This document shows positions 1 to 10,017 of a stretch of 51,335 nt of DNA, piece by piece. The position numbers were made by a program, and so were the translations under genes. How positions within the stretch are numbered: the stretch's first letter is position 1; each line of letters opens with the position of its first letter. Source of the stretch: Promethearchaeota archaeon Loki_b31 (GTDB lineage Archaea; Asgardarchaeota; Lokiarchaeia; Sigyniarchaeales; SOKP01); NCBI GenBank assembly GCA_005222975.1, contig NJBI01000020.1:1-51335 (forward strand), read 5' to 3'. A model generated the notes under the pieces. The model was not told where the DNA came from and did no database searches. It saw only the letters and a program-made list of their open reading frames with translations.

Positions 1-135
1 CTTCTAGGGATAGTATCAGATTTGTCATGCACGATCTAATAAAATGGAATTCAAAATTACAAGATTTAAAGCAAAAAGCCAACGAATTGATAAAATGGCT
101 ATTGATGAAAAATTAAGAAAAAAAATACTAAAAAG

Positions 136-573
136 TTGGAATTTCCCATTTCATCTAAAACAGGAGAACCATTAAAACCATTTATAAAACCGAGGGATGC
201 ATTACTACGAAGTATCATACTTATTGCCTTGGGATTTCTTTTTTGGTGGATGATAACATATCGTTGGTTTTGGGGAACCTTCCCAGTTTTTATTAACTTT
301 ATAATTCTTCTTATTTTATTAATTGAAGGGTGTCTATTAATTTCTCGAGCAAAACTAGGTAATAAACACGTGATGGGTCATCAAATAATCGTATTAATGA
401 GCGATTTCTTTATGTTATTTTATGGGATTTGTTTATCAATAATTCTATGGTCAATACCTGGTCTATTGGGCATGGTAATGGGTATTATAATCATTATAGT
501 ATCTACTTTGGGCTCCATTATTCATTGTTTATCTTGGCTCGTGAAGTTGGAAAAATACAAGGTTAAAAATTAA
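136..573 (+). CDS. Hypothetical membrane protein (about 4 TM segments)
   Basis: 145-aa ORF with four hydrophobic stretches. TTG start; the true N-terminus may lie upstream across the A8 run at 118-125. Confidence 0.55.
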   Translation: MEFPISSKTGEPLKPFIKPRDALLRSIILIALGFLFWWMITYRWFWGTFPVFINFIILLILLIEGCLLISRAKLGNKHVMGHQIIVLMSDFFMLFYGICLSIILWSIPGLLGMVMGIIIIIVSTLGSIIHCLSWLVKLEKYKVKN

Positions 574-1023
574 GTCATTAGAAGAGATCGTAATTACATC
601 ATTTATAAATGAAATATTACTAAGTCAGACTAATGCTCAACTTATATTTCTAGCCACTTGTTTTGGAGCGAATATTTATAATTTTACTGAGAATACAGAT
701 AAAAACACTATCGGGTGGAGGGGCGTTTCTGTTGCTATTATGGTGGGTTATGTGATAGCCTTACTTGTTAATGCCAAATTTCAATATTTAGACTATGTTC
801 AAGCTAATTTAAACTTACTAATAGATCGATATTACCAAATTTCTGAACACTCGGAGCAAATTATACCTTGGTTTGGATTAAAATAGAAGCAATTGATGAA
901 TATGTGAAGAATTTATTTCTTAATATGTTTTTAACTTTACAAAAAAAATATCTATATTTCATAACGATGAAAATTAAAAAAAAGAATGAAAAAGATAAAA
1001 AAATAAGAAAGATTTATTAAATT

Positions 1024-1953
1024 TTATCCTCCGATAATATCCATTAGTTTAGGGAATATTCGGGGGTAATGTACAGCCATACAATGGACGCCATCAATGA
1101 GACCTTTTTTTCTAAGCTCACCAATGAATGGTTTAAAAAGTTCATAATTATATTGGTCGTACAATTCCTTTTTCTGCTTCTTATCAGTAACCTCTTTCTT
1201 TACGCTCTTCCACTTAGCCAAGATCTCCTTAGGGACGCTTACGCCTGGGACAAAAGTATCGAAACCTTTGGCAATTCCATACGACTTCATTGGAAAGATT
1301 CCGAGTAGAATAGGTACTTTATACTTCCTGATTCCTGTTAGAAATTCTATCGTTCGATCAAGATCGTAAACTACTTGGGTTTGTATAAATTCACAACCCG
1401 CTTCTGCTTTTCTACCAATTTTTAAGATTTCTGGTTCCATTGGATCAGAATTAGGATTTGCTGCGCCGCCTACATGTAATTTTGGAGGATCTTCAATCTC
1501 ATAACCGTTAATAGAACCTTTATCAACCATTTCTCGCACAAGTTTAATTAAAGTTGCTGAATCAAGATCGAAAACGGGTTTAGATTCGGGCATATCACCC
1601 ATTGCTGTGTGATCTCCAGTGAGAGAGAGTATATTGTGAATCCCTAGAGCTTGCGCGCCCATGATCATGCCGGCAATACCTAGTTTATTAACGTCTCTAA
1701 CGGTCATCTGCCAGACGCATTCCAAGCCGGTAGCTTTTTGAATTAAATGCGTGGCTGCCATAGAGTTTATTGTTACTATCCCCAAAGGACTATCTGTTAC
1801 ATTTGCGGCAACAACATACGGAGCCATCTGTCTCGCTTCTTCGATCGTATGGGAAAGATCACAGGTTTTTTCTGGTTCAAGTTCGCCAGTTAATATAAAA
1901 TCGCCCTTTGCAAGGGCTTCCCCTAATTTTGAATATGATTTTGCTTCTGTCAT
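1024..1953 (-). CDS. metF: Methylenetetrahydrofolate reductase MetF (copy 1)
   Basis: Motifs TGELEP, NVTDSP, RDxN, LTGDH, FDLDS, FIQTQVVYD, GVHCMA. Start moved to ATG at 1953 (MTEAK), which follows a GGAGG SD and lies just after the metV stop. Confidence 0.92.
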   Translation of the reverse strand: MTEAKSYSKLGEALAKGDFILTGELEPEKTCDLSHTIEEARQMAPYVVAANVTDSPLGIVTINSMAATHLIQKATGLECVWQMTVRDVNKLGIAGMIMGAQALGIHNILSLTGDHTAMGDMPESKPVFDLDSATLIKLVREMVDKGSINGYEIEDPPKLHVGGAANPNSDPMEPEILKIGRKAEAGCEFIQTQVVYDLDRTIEFLTGIRKYKVPILLGIFPMKSYGIAKGFDTFVPGVSVPKEILAKWKSVKKEVTDKKQKKELYDQYNYELFKPFIGELRKKGLIDGVHCMAVHYPRIFPKLMDIIGG

Positions 1954-1961
1954 TTTCACAT

Positions 1962-2627
1962 CTACCTCCATACTACTTCTCGTTGATGACCAGATTCGCT
2001 CCAATCTACTGGGTCTCTCAATTTAGAGAATTTGTCTAATTGTCCTAACTCTTTTAAACGGTTGTAAATTAATACCCAACCACAATCTTTCTCGTAATTG
2101 CCCACTTCACATTTACCATCAACCATTCCTCCACATGGACCGTTCATAAGCGCTTTTGCGCAAGTGGTTATAGGGCATATACCTCCAGTTTCGTTCAACA
2201 AACAATCACCGCATCCCCGACAGCGCATATAGAAACGGCCGATACGCTCCGTCATTCCCATGAACTCAGTATTATTAGAGATAAAAACAGGGATATGAGG
2301 GTACTTGTCGTGTAAGACTTTATTAATGCTTGCAACTCCTAAACCACAGCTTAATGTCAAGATCGCGTCGATCTCGCCTAATTCTGCGTCGATTTTTCTC
2401 AAATCTTTCTTCATTACTCTATTATCGCAGGTTTCTTCAGGAACTATTATTGTTTTGATTTCAAAACCTTCCTTTTCCAATTTTTCTGCCATTTCTTGGG
2501 CTCCTTCTTCACCACCGGTCTGACACATTGCGGCACATGAACCACAAGAAACGATCCCGATTTTCTTAACACCTTTTAAAGCGGTAAGAACTTCTTCAAA
2601 TGGTTTTTTAGTAGTAATTATTGTAAT
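1962..2627 (-). CDS. metV: MTHFR small Fe-S/Zn subunit MetV (copy 1), apparent non-AUG start
   Basis: CxxCxxC..GGICP..C.K.L.NGPCGG..G.CEV..C.W motif. The frame extends upstream of the listed ATG as ITIITTKKPFEEVLTALKGVKKIGIVSCGSCAA, matching the N-terminus of copy 2. Confidence 0.88.
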   Translation of the reverse strand: MTIITTKKPFEEVLTALKGVKKIGIVSCGSCAAMCQTGGEEGAQEMAEKLEKEGFEIKTIIVPEETCDNRVMKKDLRKIDAELGEIDAILTLSCGLGVASINKVLHDKYPHIPVFISNNTEFMGMTERIGRFYMRCRGCGDCLLNETGGICPITTCAKALMNGPCGGMVDGKCEVGNYEKDCGWVLIYNRLKELGQLDKFSKLRDPVDWSESGHQREVVWR

Positions 2628-2976
2628 TTGATATCCACCTTTTTTGCTTTTTATAAAAAATTATTTACTTACGATAAATAAATTAATGAAATTATTAAAA
2701 TTTAATTTTTTTAGATCAAAGGTAAACATTTTCTATGACTAAATTTATTGTCAAATTGATAATTATTATATTTTTAATGATGATTTTCTAAATAATCGTC
2801 AAAAAGATCAACATAATGATCAAATTTAAAAATTACTAATATTAAAATGGATGAATTTAAGAAGATAGACATTTTTAATGAAACAATGTAAAGTGTTATT
2901 AAAAAAATATTGAAAGATAAAATGTGTAAAAAAAATATTTTTCTATTGTTAAATTAAATCCAAATAAAAAAGCCCG

Positions 2977-3345
2977 TTAACCAATCATGGATGGAAGCAC
3001 TTTTGCTAAGGGAACCGCTAAACCACCGAGTAAAGAACCGATAGAGGTCAATTTTTTCAAATAGGTTTTCATATCTTTAGTAACTTTTATTGTCCTCGTT
3101 TTTCCTTCGATAATCGTACCATCAGAAGACATTAAGAATATTTGAATCGTTTGTTCTCCCGTTGCTCTTGGCTCTAAAGTTAACCAAGTCGAATCTCCGT
3201 TTTCTAACATGGATGATAACACTCCTACGATATCAGTACCTTCAGAAGAGATTAAAGGAATGGGTTTCTCTGGGATTAAAAAGCTACCTCTTCCTTCAAC
3301 CTTGATGGCTAAATTTAATTCTCTAGGTTCAAAACCTTCCCGGTA
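2977..3345 (-). pseudogene. C-terminal fragment of a hypothetical protein, 5'-truncated
   Basis: The frame stays open upstream of the listed start (EGFEPRELNLAIKVEGRGSFLIPEKPIPLISSEGTDIVG) until it collides with the opposite-strand gene near 3340. No proper start. Confidence 0.55.
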
Positions 3346-4172
3346 TATTTGAAAGATATTTCATTTATCGCAATGATACTGAAGAAAATTTGAAAAAAGT
3401 AGCAGAGCTTTATCGATGGTTTTTTAAAAGTTTTTTACCTCCATTTTTAGCAGAGAGTAAATTAAAACTTTTTCGACCACGATTACCTGTTGATGCTAAG
3501 GAAAAATTAATTGAAATTGATGAATCTCTTGATATTGAGTCTCAAATCCTTCCTTATGAATTAGTATCTCAATTAATCGATAATTATGATATGTTTACAT
3601 ATATTCCATGTCAATGTCGTTTAATAGCTGAATATACAGGAGAACCATGTGAGGTAGCTCCAGCAGAAATGGGGTGCTTTTTAGCGGGAGAAGGAGCGAG
3701 ATCTGCAATAGAAGGAGGATTTCCGAATCTTAATAAAGAAGAAGCTATAGAATACTTAAGAAAAACTGAAAAAGCGGGATTAATCCATAGTTGTGTAGCA
3801 GATAGCAGTATTGAATCTACTTTATTCATATGTAATTGTTGTAGTTGCCATTGTGGGGCGTTAGTAGCAGCAAAAGAACATAAATACTATGCGACCATAG
3901 CATCCAATTATGTGCCTAAAATAAACAATGAACTCTGTACTAAATGCGAAATTTGTCTAAATAAATGCCCAATGGGTGTTATTTATCATAAACTTCCTAA
4001 CGAACCAGATTCTTCTGATGAACACATGTTTATAAATGAAGAATATTGTTTAGGATGTGGAGTTTGTGCAAGTAATTGCCCAAATAATGCAATTAAACTA
4101 GTAAAAGTCAGAGATAATATTCCTACAGAAAAATATAAAATTGGTACAAAAACATTTTCAGAACTAGTGTAA
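3339..4172 (+). CDS. 4Fe-4S dicluster ferredoxin-domain protein, probably 5'-truncated
   Basis: CQC, CNCCSCHC and two CxxCxxCxxxCP motifs. The frame extends upstream to PGIFERYF at 3339 and closes at TAG 3324-3326 without an ATG. Confidence 0.8.
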   Translation, partial: PGIFERYFIYRNDTEENLKKVAELYRWFFKSFLPPFLAESKLKLFRPRLPVDAKEKLIEIDESLDIESQILPYELVSQLIDNYDMFTYIPCQCRLIAEYTGEPCEVAPAEMGCFLAGEGARSAIEGGFPNLNKEEAIEYLRKTEKAGLIHSCVADSSIESTLFICNCCSCHCGALVAAKEHKYYATIASNYVPKINNELCTKCEICLNKCPMGVIYHKLPNEPDSSDEHMFINEEYCLGCGVCASNCPNNAIKLVKVRDNIPTEKYKIGTKTFSELV

Positions 4173-4734
4173 GTTAAAATACTGCATTTTTACTTTTTAT
4201 ATTTTTAATTCTTAAAAATTGAAACTTCTTAATTAATTAAAAAGAATTTAAGAGATTTAATAATAAATTTAAAAGAATTAAAGGATTAAATCACTTTCTT
4301 TGATATAAACTAATCTTATAAGTTAATTTGATCAAAAAAGAAAAATTAAAAACAAGAATTAAGGAAATAAGGGATAAAAAACTTTTAAGTTGTGAGTTTT
4401 TGATCATTTTTTACCAACATTTTTTGGTATTTTTATAACTTTTTCCTTACAATTATTTAACAATAGTGCGGAAAAAATCGGAAAAAATCTCGAAAATGTC
4501 AATTTTCAATCGTTTTTAAATCCTCAAAGTTAATAAAAGGGATTTTTTTCCCCCAAAAAATAAGGATTCCTTTTTCAATCGTTATATGTTCAGAAAAAGT
4601 CAAATTTTCAAAGATTCGCCCGATCTCGTATAATGGGCTAAGGAAAATTTCCCATTATATTTATATACTAATTTGTTCTTAAAGTAATTAATAATAAAAA
4701 AATAAATATAAAACAAACTCGGAGTGAAAAAAAT

Positions 4735-5073
4735 ATGGAAATAATAAACCTTCAAGAAAAAGTTTTAGACCTTTCTGACGAACAGCTAAAAAGTATTTAT
4801 TTAGCAGCTAGTAGAATAAGTCAAGATAGTATTGAGGAATTAACTCCTATCCTGTTAAGAGTATGCTTAAACTGCGAAACAGGAGTTTTAAAGGATGAGC
4901 TCGGGCGAGTTATCTTTCATTTACAGAAGACAGAGAGGTTAGATACTCGAATTGGTCTTGAAAAGCTTTTACATGGAGCTTTAAAAGTGAACGCTAAAGA
5001 AGTATTTAAGCTTCTTGAATCTAGTGCGCCAGATGCTAAAGATTTATTAGAAAGAATAAAATCAATTTTATAA
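4735..5073 (+). CDS. Hypothetical alpha-helical protein
   Basis: 112-aa ORF with GGAGTGA SD-like sequence and a TTTATATA box upstream. Confidence 0.7.
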   Translation: MEIINLQEKVLDLSDEQLKSIYLAASRISQDSIEELTPILLRVCLNCETGVLKDELGRVIFHLQKTERLDTRIGLEKLLHGALKVNAKEVFKLLESSAPDAKDLLERIKSIL

Positions 5074-5112
5074 GAAAAAACTTTTTTTTACTAATCTTAT
5101 TTTATTTTAATA

Positions 5113-5391
5113 ATGTCAAATAATAATCAATCTGATTTAGATAAAGCTTGGGAGCATTACGTGAAAATACGAGACGCTCTTATGGGTTTATACGAAATCT
5201 TGGATTTGAATTTGGAAAAGGACAATATTTTTTACCAATGTGCGATCGACAACTTAGAAAATTTAAAAGACACAATTATCGACTTATTAAAAAAGGATTA
5301 TAATCCCTCCGAAATCACGCTAAAATTGAGAGATCTAGAATTTTCTATGAAAAAAGAGCTTTTTTTTGAAAAAAAAGAAAAACAAAAATAA
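5113..5391 (+). CDS. Hypothetical helical protein
   Basis: 92-aa ORF co-oriented with the previous gene; typical composition. Confidence 0.65.
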   Translation: MSNNNQSDLDKAWEHYVKIRDALMGLYEILDLNLEKDNIFYQCAIDNLENLKDTIIDLLKKDYNPSEITLKLRDLEFSMKKELFFEKKEKQK

Positions 5392-5583
5392 ATCGTTATA
5401 GAGAAAGAGTATTTAGATTAATCTCAAGTTTATTTTTGACAATTTTGTATTATGTTTTAATAGTGCAATATATCACATTCAATTTTATTTATAAAGGTGG
5501 TTGAGCTAGTTTATATTATTATTTTTAAAATTTATCTAAAATTAAAATTTAAAAAAATTAAATATTAATAAAGTGAATGTGAA

Positions 5584-6288
5584 ATGCTTATTTTAGAAGG
5601 ATGGATCGATGGTATAACTGCGTCCGGAGTCGTTATTTTTGGCATTATTTTTGGCATATTCTTCTTATATAAATCGCGAAAATCTGGTGCTAGGATTTTA
5701 ACAATTTTAGGGATAGTAAATATTTTAGCGGGACTTATGTATTTAGGGGTTTTTACGGATTTTTTGGTGGTTCTTATGACGGAAACCAATTTGGATAACA
5801 CCTACGGTTTGGTGGGAATATTGAGTTACATCTGGTTCGCCCCCATAATCATACTCGCGATTTATATCGGTGCTGAACTCTTAGTACCTAAGAAAAAGTG
5901 GTACTTTATGATATTAATTATTATTTTAAGCGCTATATTTGAAGTTTTTTTCATCTTAGATCCACTGGGCACTTTTAATTTCGTTGATCCAGTAAATCCA
6001 GGAGAGACATTAATTGATTATAATGTTAACATGTTTACCCCAGCAGGTATTATTATGGCTGTTTTATTATTAACCGTTTTAATAATTCTTGGCTTTGGGT
6101 TCTTAATAAAAAGCATTAAGTCTAGTGGTGTATTAAGGAAAAGGTTTTTTCTCTTATCTATGGGGTCTATATGCTTCTGTATATTCGGATTATTGGAAGG
6201 GTTAACTGCTCCAGGCTTGATGGTAATTTTTGTTAGAATCGGATATTTAACTAGTTTTTGGCTAATGTATTTCGGGCTAAAAACTTAA
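5584..6288 (+). CDS. Hypothetical 7-TM membrane protein
   Basis: Seven hydrophobic segments in 234 aa; no soluble output domain. Confidence 0.75.
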   Translation: MLILEGWIDGITASGVVIFGIIFGIFFLYKSRKSGARILTILGIVNILAGLMYLGVFTDFLVVLMTETNLDNTYGLVGILSYIWFAPIIILAIYIGAELLVPKKKWYFMILIIILSAIFEVFFILDPLGTFNFVDPVNPGETLIDYNVNMFTPAGIIMAVLLLTVLIILGFGFLIKSIKSSGVLRKRFFLLSMGSICFCIFGLLEGLTAPGLMVIFVRIGYLTSFWLMYFGLKT

Positions 6289-6429
6289 TTTTCTTTTTTT
6301 TTCATTTTTTCTATTAAATTATAAAAATTGGTCTATAATTATTTTTTATTAAAAGAAAGCATTATTTTTCTTAGAACTTACGGTCTAAAATATATTTAAT
6401 CAAATTCAATTTTAATTATTTTTTGAATT

Positions 6430-7427
6430 ATGAGCAAAACAAGTATAAAAAAAGAATTTCAAATAAATAATGATTCTACCATTATTGATATTCAAAATAT
6501 CAAGAAAAATTCAAAGATGTTAAAGCCGTAGATGGAGTCTCTTTAAAAGTAAAGAAAGGAGAATTATTTAGTATTCTGGGTCCTAATGGTGCTGGAAAAA
6601 CAACCTTAGTTCGTATGTTAACAACTATCTTAACCCCTACCTCAGGGAATGCTTACATAAAAGGGCACAACATAAAATCAGAAAAAAGTGAAATTGTTAG
6701 GCTTATTGGTGTTTGCCCTCAAGAAATTGTAATATATGAAATTTTAAGAGCTGAAGAAAACGTAGAGTTTGTTGCTAATATGCATGGAATATCAAATAAG
6801 GAGGCTAAAGAGAAAGCAAAAATCTTATTAGAAAAATTTGGTATTGCTGGTCGTAAGACTTGGTCAAAAAGTTTCTCAGGTGGAATGAAGCGCCGATTGA
6901 ATCTTGTTATGGCTTTGGTATTCGATCCTGAAATTCTTTTTCTTGATGAGCCTACTGCTGGTCTTGATCCTCAAGCAAGGCGATTAGTTTGGGATTATAT
7001 TCGTGAATTAAAGAATAAAGATATTACAATTATTCTTATGACACATGATATGGTGGAAGCAGATTCTCTTAGTGATCGTGTGGCAATAATCGATCGTGGT
7101 AAAATCATTGCTCAAGGAACACCTACCGAGTTGAAAGAAAAATACGGAAGCAACAATGTGTTAGAGATATCATTTATTGAGCAAATAGATTTGAATATTG
7201 TAAAAAATAGTTTAGGAAAAATCCCATTTGTAACTAATACGAAAGAAATTATGAAAAAAGAAAAAAAAACACTTCTAATATCTTTCAAAGGTGGTTTGAA
7301 AGAATTTATTCACATTCTCCAATCGGGAATTATTAATAATATTGATGAGGTTGAAAATATGAAATATCGCCAGAATTCTCTTGAAGATGTATTTTTAAAC
7401 TTAACAGGAAAGAGGTTAAGAGATTAA
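6430..7427 (+). pseudogene. ABC-2 type transporter ATP-binding subunit with a 1-nt frameshift near the 5' end
   Basis: ATG at 6430 (MSKTSIKKEF) goes out of frame at A5 6505-6509. The other frame gives FKDVKAVDGVS..GPNGAGKTT (Walker A) upstream of the listed ORF, then FSGGMKRR and LFLDEP. Confidence 0.8.
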
Positions 7428-8228
7428 ATGAAATTACGGGATAATAAAGCAATTCAAATTGCTATTAAAAATTTCAAGGATAAAATTCGTCATTGGCAAT
7501 ATGTATTTTTTTCTCTCGGACTTCCAATCATGTTTACTATTATGTTTTACTTCATACTTGGAACAGAAGAGCTCCCCTCAGGTAAAACGGCTTTCGATTA
7601 TGGTTTTCCTGGCATGATAATATATGCAACTGCCATTGGAACTATGAACGCCGCAATTATGTTTTCAGGAGAGAGAAGTTCAGGTATGCTTAGTCGATTA
7701 GATACAATGCCAACTGGTAGAAAAAATATGTTCTTAGGAGCTCTAATTTCTGAATCTATCTTTTTATCACTTCAAATCATCATTATGTTCGTTATTGGAT
7801 ACGCAATTCTTGGTTTATATTTTGAAAGTCCCCTAGCTTTACTTTTTGGTTTCTTAATTGCAGTCCTTTTTGGTATTTCCTCTGTAGGTTTAGGTATAAT
7901 AATTGCTAGTATGTCAAAAACAGTTGATATAGCAAATGCAGTTTCATTAATGTTGTTTATGATACTTATTTTCCTTTCAGGAAGTTTGATGCCGTTCGAT
8001 AGTCCAATCGTCTATTTCACTCCTCCATTCTGGGCAAAGCAAGTATTTTTGCAAATTGTTGTAATGGGACACGGATTAGGTGAGAATTTATACAGCAGCT
8101 CATTAATAGGCTATTCTGCTGAGGTCATCCCAATTTCTTTATTAGGTGGATTATTGATTGTCATAGCTTATACAATCGTATTTATAATAGTAGGTATTAT
8201 CATATTCCAGAAAAAAACCAAATTTTAG
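7428..8228 (+). CDS. ABC-2 type transporter permease
   Basis: Six TM segments and ERxxGxLxRL motif; abuts the ATPase stop. Confidence 0.9.
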   Translation: MKLRDNKAIQIAIKNFKDKIRHWQYVFFSLGLPIMFTIMFYFILGTEELPSGKTAFDYGFPGMIIYATAIGTMNAAIMFSGERSSGMLSRLDTMPTGRKNMFLGALISESIFLSLQIIIMFVIGYAILGLYFESPLALLFGFLIAVLFGISSVGLGIIIASMSKTVDIANAVSLMLFMILIFLSGSLMPFDSPIVYFTPPFWAKQVFLQIVVMGHGLGENLYSSSLIGYSAEVIPISLLGGLLIVIAYTIVFIIVGIIIFQKKTKF

Positions 8229-8332
8229 TATGTATAAAAAAAATTTCCTCTTTTTCTTTTAGAATAGAAAATTACTAATTTTCTCATTATTTTACTTAAT
8301 AAAAAATATAAACTTATTATTTGGCTTGAATT

Positions 8333-9355
8333 TTGTATAAATTTAAATCTGAAGTCATTAAAATAGATGATGTCTATCGAATTAAAATTGATGTTCCATT
8401 TGCCGTAAAGTTCGTTTGTCTTTACCTTTTTAAATCAAATGATCAACACATTCTAATAGATGCTGGTTTAAATATGGGAAATTGGAGTAAACTTCTTTTT
8501 TCAGCGCTCAACGATTTAAATATAACAATTGGAGATATTGATTATTGTTTTATAACACATATTCATTTGGATCACATCGGATTAGTAAAAACTCTTAAAC
8601 GCAAAAACCCAAATCTGAAAGTAGTGATGAACGATATAACCCATAAAATTCTGCGATGGGAAACAAACGATTCAACTATGGAAGAGTTAAAATCCGAAGC
8701 TAAAAAAGTTGCAAATCTAATGATAAAATGTGGAATTAACGAAGAACAAGGGAAAAGAGTGGTTCAATTTTTCACTTTTTGGCCGAGACTTCTGCGCTAC
8801 CAAAAACCAGATGTAATTGTGCGCGATAACGATAGATTTTTGGATGATTTAGAAATAATTTGGACTCCAGGTCACAGTTTTGGTCACACTTGTATCTTCA
8901 ATGCTGAAAAGAAATATCTTTTTTCTGGAGATCACATCCTTTCGAGAATTACTCCGCATATCGGGAATTTCTTGATTCCTAATACTCTAAAGGATGAATA
9001 TGAGAAGTACGATTTTGATAACATTTTAGAACATTATCTAAACTCGCTGGATCGAATTGAGAAATTAAATTCAAAGATAATTTTCCCTGCTCATCAAGAT
9101 ATTATATATAATTCACACGAGCGTATTTTAGAGATAAAGAAACATCACGAGGCAAGGTTATCTGAAATTTCGATTTTAATTAAAGACAAGCCTATGACGC
9201 CATTCAAGATTTCTCAGATTCATTTTGGAACTGATTTAGACGAAATTAATTCATTTATGGCTTTAAGTGAAGTATTAGGGCATCTCCTTTACCTTGAAAA
9301 TCAAGGAACTGTGCAAAGATTTGAGAAAAGTGGAAAAATTTATTACAAAAGTTAA
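8333..9355 (+). CDS. MBL-fold metallo-hydrolase with C-terminal wHTH
   Basis: LIDAG, THIHLDHIG, TPGHSFGH, SGDH, PAH motifs. Confidence 0.9.
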   Translation: MYKFKSEVIKIDDVYRIKIDVPFAVKFVCLYLFKSNDQHILIDAGLNMGNWSKLLFSALNDLNITIGDIDYCFITHIHLDHIGLVKTLKRKNPNLKVVMNDITHKILRWETNDSTMEELKSEAKKVANLMIKCGINEEQGKRVVQFFTFWPRLLRYQKPDVIVRDNDRFLDDLEIIWTPGHSFGHTCIFNAEKKYLFSGDHILSRITPHIGNFLIPNTLKDEYEKYDFDNILEHYLNSLDRIEKLNSKIIFPAHQDIIYNSHERILEIKKHHEARLSEISILIKDKPMTPFKISQIHFGTDLDEINSFMALSEVLGHLLYLENQGTVQRFEKSGKIYYKS

Positions 9356-9470
9356 ACTCTCAAGTGTTGAAAATGATTGAATTTTTAATTGTTTCATATT
9401 GAGAACTGGTATGTTTATTCTAAAATTCAAATGTTTAGTCAAAAAAGTAATTTGATGTAAAAAAATCTCT

Positions 9471-9932
9471 TTATATTGGTAACCTTGCATCTTGAGATTT
9501 TGTCTTTATCGGTTTCAAAACCACACAAATTCTTTCTACGCTCTTTACATCGTTACGCCCTCGAAAATTTTCAACAAGCGCATCTAATTCGCTAATTTCT
9601 GGAACATTTACTTTTATTAAAACGCCACATTGGCCTGCGAGAAAATAAACCTCCTCACACTGAGGGATAATCTGCGTTTCTCTTATCAATTCTTTAATTT
9701 CTGATTCGTTATTGGGAATTACCGTAAGAAAAGCTATAATACATCTTTCATCCTCTCTACATATTTTAATCGTAAATTTTTCGATAACTTTTTCATTTTG
9801 TAATTTAATAACGCGCTTTCTTACCGTTGATTCGGATAAATTAACCTCTTCAGCAATTTCTCGATAAGGTCTCCGTGAATCTTCAATAAGCATTTCTAAA
9901 ATACGTTTATCTTTCTCATCTAGGTTTTTCAT
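9471..9932 (-). CDS. Lrp/AsnC family transcriptional regulator
   Basis: LDEKDKRIL..L..DSRRPYREIA..VNLSESTVRKRV HTH plus C-terminal RAM domain. Confidence 0.92.
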   Translation of the reverse strand: MKNLDEKDKRILEMLIEDSRRPYREIAEEVNLSESTVRKRVIKLQNEKVIEKFTIKICREDERCIIAFLTVIPNNESEIKELIRETQIIPQCEEVYFLAGQCGVLIKVNVPEISELDALVENFRGRNDVKSVERICVVLKPIKTKSQDARLPI

Positions 9933-10017
9933 TTTAATTCTTTCCTATGGGTTTTTTTGTTTACAAATGTATAAAAAAAATTTTAATTAAAATTTTAAAA
10001 AAATTATATTATTAGTT

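Noticed and set aside
600-890. Possible degraded gene remnant (..GGGGVSVAIMVGYVIALL..)
   Set aside because: Short broken frames and no family I can support.
4173-4734. Long intergenic region as replication origin or ncRNA
   Set aside because: Only short hairpins (e.g. TAATGGG..CCCATTA); no clear ORB repeats or adjacent cdc6/orc1.
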